Positions 59,221 to 64,000 of a DNA stretch of 64,000 nt are shown here, one piece after another (positions within the stretch are counted from its first letter, which is position 1; each line of letters begins with the position of its first letter). The notes below the pieces were generated by a model. It ran no database searches, was not told the DNA's origin, and saw nothing but the letters and a program-made list of their open reading frames with translations. Made by a program: the position numbers and the translations under genes. Source of the DNA: the human T2T-CHM13v2.0 reference genome, Homo sapiens; NCBI RefSeq assembly GCF_009914755.1, contig NC_060926.1; one strand, given 5' to 3'.

Positions 59221-59930
59221 CGAAACGGGAAAGGTGCCCTCGCCCCCCTCGCAGGGCGGGCGGCGGGGCTGCGGCTCGTTTCTCCGGTGCCCGCTGCCCG
59301 GAGCTCTAGGGGAGCGCACGGACACTCAGGCTGTGGGGCCGCGAACCCGCGGCAGCGCCCGCGGGGGAGCGTTTGCAGCTCCCAAGGCTCCTTGGGCGCG
59401 TGTTACGGGGGTGCTTTTTCACTGTTGCCACCCGCAGGCTGCTTGCGCTCACCAGCTCCGTTAGGCCCTCTGCCTTATGGCAAGGACAGGGGGCTTTCTG
59501 TAACCCAGGTTCTTACCTTAGTGCACCGGAGAAATCGGATCGCACGTCGGCTGAGAGAATGAATGCAAGCTTTTCTATTGAGTGGTGGTGGCTGGGGAGG
59601 CCAGAAGGGGCTGGTTGTCCCCCCGGAGTCCGCCTCGGTCAATCCCCGCGTCGTTCCACCGGTCGATGGCCTGCCGCAGTCTGCCGGCGCCTGTCGCTGT
59701 GCTCTTCCACCGATGTGTTCCTCTCGACGCCCGGCCACTTGTGTGTTCTTCGGCTGGTGTGTTTCTCTTGACGCCCAGCTGCTTGTGTCTCCGCTCGCTA
59801 GGGTCTCGGGGTTTTTACAGGCAGAGGGTGGGGGACATGGCGGGTCAGGGTGGTCTGGGAAAATGCAACATTTGGGCGGGATAACAGGCTTGCCTGTCCT
59901 CACCTAGGTCCGTGGGCACAGGCCCGAGGG
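59221..59930. promoter_or_regulatory. CpG-island-like region coinciding with the LTR1; candidate promoter
   Basis: Highest CpG density in the window; GC box gggcgggcggcggggc at ~59254; minus-strand donor AAG|GTAAGA at 59517/59516. Confidence 0.6.
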
Positions 59931-59993
59931 TGGAGACATAGCCAGAGACCCGTTTTTCTCTATCTAGCACTTCCCTGCTCCCATCCTGTGTCA
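59221..59993 (-). mobile_element. LTR1-family (HUERS-P2, ERV1) solo LTR
   Basis: The minus strand runs tgacacagg...gcagggaagtgct...cccacggacctaggtgaggacaggc to ...ctttcccgtttcg; ~770 bp; 4-bp TSD acag/atag. Confidence 0.85.
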
Positions 59994-61102
59994 ATAGGAT
60001 TGAGCCCCAATTGATATATGTTTTCCCAGGACATCAAGCTGTCTCTAATACATCCAGAAGAAATAGGAAAGAGATCATATCAATAATGATTAAATGAGAA
60101 GGTCTCTGGGCATGTAAAGCCATGCGGACAGACTGGACTCTGAAAGCCATCTGCAGAGTCCACCAGGAGGCAACGTGCAGTAAGCATCCACATGAGTGGT
60201 AGGTAGTGTTGCTACATAGAGCAGAAGTCAGATTACTGAGAGATGGAACACACAGAGGTCTCTTGGGAGAAGTGTAGTTTAATAGAGCCTGGAAGCATGA
60301 GGAGGAATTTAATAATAAAGAACAGTTGGGAACCAGAAAAAGAACAAAAAAGGAAAACGAGGCAATGCCCGTGAGGCAAGGGTTGGTACATAATGGTTGT
60401 CACAGAGCAATGGCGGGCCCTGAAAGATGAGTGCATCTGCCTTACACTTTTGCCCAGTGCCATCCCTGCTTAACATTGATAGAATAATTATTAGGGCCCA
60501 ATTATACAATAAGCCTCAGTGATTTATGATGCTGTACAACCAGCACTGAATCAACCTGTCTCAGTAGCCATAAGTCTGCATAAAATTTTAATTACGAACA
60601 TCATAAGTTGGTCAGAGCATATGGAGAAAAATTGATTATGAATTTATGATGCAGTGAATTTTCCTGCTGAGTCGCTCTCCTCCTGATCAGGGCCTGGAGA
60701 CAGGATGACAAAGGCATGTAGGAGAAGCTAGATTCTTGACAAATGACTTGCTCTCTTTTAAAAGTGAAACTGGAGACTGGAGCAATGAGCACGTGCCAGA
60801 AGGGATGTCAAGAGACATCAGCTGGCTTAGTGACATTTTCATCCTGGCCTCAGGTGAAGTGCAGCTACCAGAGCTGTGACAGTGACATGCTAACCCACAC
60901 TGGCATATGACAGGATAGAACTAAGCCCAGGGATAGTCTTGGCTTGCTTAACAGCTCTTTCAACATTGCTAATGTAAGAGGATTTCCCAAATAGGTGAAC
61001 TATGTTTTCTCTTTACGATTTTATGGTTCAATAAGCATTTATTGAGAGCTGATGACGTGCCAGAAATCCAGTGACTGGTTGTTGTGATTTTTATTGCTAT
61101 GG

Positions 61103-61363
61103 TTTCTTTCTTTTCTTTCTTTCTTTCTCTTTCTTTCTTTCTTTTCTTTTCTTTCTTTCCCTCTCTTTTTCTCTCTCTCTTCCTTTCTCTCTCTCTTTCT
61201 CTTACTCTTTCTTTCTTTTTCTTTTTCTTTTCTTCCCCTCTTTCTCTCTTTCTCTCTCCTTCTCTCTCTTTTTCTTTCTTTCTTTCCCTCTCTCTTTCTC
61301 TCTTTCTTTCTTTCCCTCTCTTTTTCTCTCTCTTTCTTTCTCTCTCTTTCTCTCTTCTTTCCT

Positions 61364-61434
<71 letters not shown>

Positions 61435-61439
61435 CTTTT
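61103..61439. repeat. ~330-bp polypyrimidine (CTTT/CT)n tract, the expanded tail of an Alu
   Basis: Pure C/T tract lying inside the TSD of the adjacent antisense Alu. Confidence 0.95.
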
Positions 61440-61721
61440 GATGTAGCCTAGCTCTGTCTCCCGTGCTGGAGTACAGTGGCATAATCTCAGCTCACTGCAA
61501 CCTCTGCCTCCCAGGTTCAAGTGATTCTGTCACCTTCTGCCTCCCAAGTAGCTGGGACTACAGGCACACACCACCACACTCGGCTATTTTTTGTATTTTT
61601 AGTAGAGACGGGGTTTCATCATGTTGCCCAGGCTGGTCTTGAACTTCTGATCTCAGATGATCCACCCACCTAGGCATCCCAAAGTGTTGGGACTACAGGC
61701 ATGAGCCAACCGCGCCTGGCC
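61440..61721 (-). mobile_element. AluS (antisense)
   Basis: TSD tg(c/t)tatggtttctttct at 61095-61111 and 61722-61738. Confidence 0.95.
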
Positions 61722-61781
61722 TGTTATGGTTTCTTTCTAATTTTGTCTTGAGGTCTCTCTCTTGAAAGTAGCCAGAAGCCA

Positions 61782-62082
61782 GCTGGGCACAGTGGCTCAC
61801 GCCTTTAATCCCAGCACTCTGGGAGGCCGAGGCAGGTGGATCACCTGAGGTCAAGAGTTCTAGACCAGCCTGGTCGACATGGGGAAACCTCATCTCTACT
61901 AAATACACAAAAATTAGCAGGGTATGGTGCTGTGTGCATGTAATCCCAGCTACTCAGGAGGCTGAGGCAGGAGAATAGCTTGAACCTGGGAGGCAGAGGT
62001 TTCAGTGAGCCAGGATGGTGCCACTGCACTCTAGCCTGGACAACAAGAGTGAAACTCCATCTCAAAAAAAAAAAAAAAAAAA
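61782..62082 (+). mobile_element. AluS (Sq-like)
   Basis: Full dimer; TSD-like gta(g/a)ccagaagcca on both sides. Confidence 0.95.
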
Positions 62083-62631
62083 ATGTAACCAGAAGCCAAG
62101 GCAGCCACTCTTTAGGGGAGCAGGAGAGTCCTGACTGAGGAAATAGTTAGGTTCGAGTCAAATGAGAGACGATGAGGAAGTGAAACCAAATGCTTGTAAC
62201 AGATGAAATTTATGACTCATGGGTCCCAGAGATGTTAGGGGAGCTGATGGGAGGCCGACAAGAAGCCTGGAGGTGACAGGGAGCAAAAACCAGCAGATGG
62301 GGAGCAGGAGAGAGGACCTGTGCAACTCTGCCTTTAATAAGGTCCAGGCTGTTAACCCTCTGCCTTCTGGCAGGAATTGGTCACTGGTGGGGGACTTATT
62401 TACATGACTCTAGTGTTTACCATAAGGCTTTATTGTGGTCAGTGGCTAGGAGATGTGTTGGATTTGGGGTCAGTGGGATGAGGAACGAGCAGGCTATATT
62501 TCAACCAAATAGGGAGAGAAAGTTTTAACTAAGCCAAAGGTGACAGGATACAACCAGATTTCAAAAAACTGATATAAGAGCTAAAAATGGATGCCAACAC
62601 AGCAACTGTATTAAATAGATGTATGATACTG

Positions 62632-62634
<3 letters not shown>

Positions 62635-62673
<39 letters not shown>
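62635..62673. repeat. (TG)n microsatellite
   Basis: Seen directly. Confidence 0.95.
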
Positions 62674-62674
<1 letters not shown>

Positions 62675-62677
<3 letters not shown>

Positions 62678-62900
62678 GCCTGGATGTTTGACCTAACTGC
62701 AGACAACTTTGCAGGGTGAGTATAGATGCAGAACTTCCTGAGGGAGTGGCCAAGTCTTTGTAACTGCAACTACTTCTCCCTCTGCCCCTTCCATTTTCTT
62801 CATTTCCCCTAGAAGTGGTGATCCAGAGAATACTCCTATAAAAACTTTCTGTATTCGTCCCCATCTCAGAATCAGCTTCACAGGGAGCCGGACCTCCAAA
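62675..62900 (+). mobile_element. Old ERVL LTR (LTR16/LTR33-like) 3' part
   Basis: The end ccccatctcagaatcagcttcacagggagccggacct resembles an ERVL LTR U5. Confidence 0.5.
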
Positions 62901-62989
62901 GCTGCATATTATTTGTAGAAACTTGTTTCCTGGGTAAGCACCCAGAGCTTTACACAAGTGAAAACATGTATTAATATGCTCTTGCATCT

Positions 62990-63280
62990 TTTCTTCATTT
63001 ATTTACTCCAATATGTTTCATTAGTGCTTACTATGCAGCAAGCACTCCATTAGCCATTAGGGATAGAGAGGTGAAATAAAGCTCCCCACTGAAATTGTTC
63101 ACAGCCCAGTCAAGAAGACAAACTAACGATAACCATTTGGTGTGGTAAACAGTGTGATCAAGGACAAGGAGCTGTGGGAACACCGAAGAGGGATACCTAC
63201 CTCAATACGATTATTGGAAAAGGGTCAGGCAAGTCTCTGGAAATGGTAGCAGTTGAACCAAGTAGAAGTGTAGGCCATAT
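62990..63280 (-). mobile_element. L2 fragment
   Basis: cattagtgcttactatgcagcaagcact...gggatagagaggtgaaataaa. Confidence 0.55.
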
Positions 63281-63931
63281 GTTGCTTCTGGCTGAACACA
63301 CGACTGGGGAGGTAATCAGCAAGGAGGGAGGGCAGGCTCTGCCAGCTGGTACTGAATCCGAGCTGGTGCTCCTACACACACAGTCAGACAAAAGGCCCTG
63401 CACCAACATTCCAGGAAAATTCTGCCCATTTCCGTAGTCTGTCCATCTGTGAATCACCTTCAGTCTAATTTCCTGGTTTCTCCTGGATTATAATCACAAT
63501 TAGAGTGTGAAATTGGCAACCCCCCACCTCTGGACTTTGCAGAGGGATTGCCTTCTTCATACATAATAAACAAAGAAGTTGACAACCTCTGCACCAAGGC
63601 CACTAAAAACATGTGGTTGAGTAGTTCAAATGTAGGCTATTGATGTTGAATCTCTGACTAAAGGGCTCCACAGGTGTGATTAGCATAACTTTTTATGTTA
63701 CTGAAGTCAATATTCTGAGGCAGCTACTTCTGCACATTCCAAATTTAAGCTGCTAATGAATTAGTAAACAGGACTTAGGCTGAAACTGATGCACAGAGTT
63801 TCGACTCCCCACTCCCCACTCCCCACTTAACTCTAGTAGCTTGAAAGATACAAAATACTCCTTTAATTTTGTAGTCTTTAAAATGAGTTAATAATAAAGC
63901 CACTCTGATTCTCTATCTCTGTGAATACATA

Positions 63932-64000
63932 AATAGATGATTGATAGATATTATTAAATGATAGAGCTATAGATAGATGAGATAGATGATAGATGATAGA
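63932..64000. repeat. (GATA)n microsatellite
   Basis: Seen directly; runs off the window end. Confidence 0.85.

Noticed and set aside
59164-59907. Overlapping 100-142 aa ORFs in the GC-rich region
   Set aside because: Expected from stop-codon scarcity in a GC-rich LTR; no recognisable protein.
60969-61520. Lys/Glu/Arg-rich and Phe/Leu/Ser-rich ORFs
   Set aside because: These are translations of an Alu and its (GAAA)n tail.

Overview
This is primate (human-like) nuclear DNA that is mostly repeat-derived; I see no intact protein-coding gene, and the long ORFs in the track are L1 or NUMT fragments or low-complexity artefacts. Main contents in order: an ERVL pol/dUTPase remnant (~0.7-1.45 kb); an old L1M interrupted by a second L1 3' end and a full-length but inactivated L1PA5/6-like element (4.2-10.4 kb); a young 5'-truncated L1 fused to an inverted 28S rRNA fragment inside one target-site duplication (15.15-15.59 kb); a MER4 solo LTR and small DNA transposons; a ~7.1-kb old NUMT running from the control region to mid-COX1 (23.0-30.1 kb); a nested stack of L1M, MSTA, L1PA15/16-like, THE1 provirus and three Alus (30.2-43.9 kb); a ~4.4-kb AT-rich compound repeat (44.2-48.6 kb); a strikingly CpG-rich LTR1 solo LTR with a splice donor (59.2-60.0 kb); and a closely spaced inverted Alu pair. 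The best novelty candidates are the 28S/L1 chimera, the possibly exapted LTR1 promoter, and two local template-switch rearrangements. Subfamily names and consensus comparisons come from recalled sequences, not computed alignments, and boundaries of old repeats are approximate.
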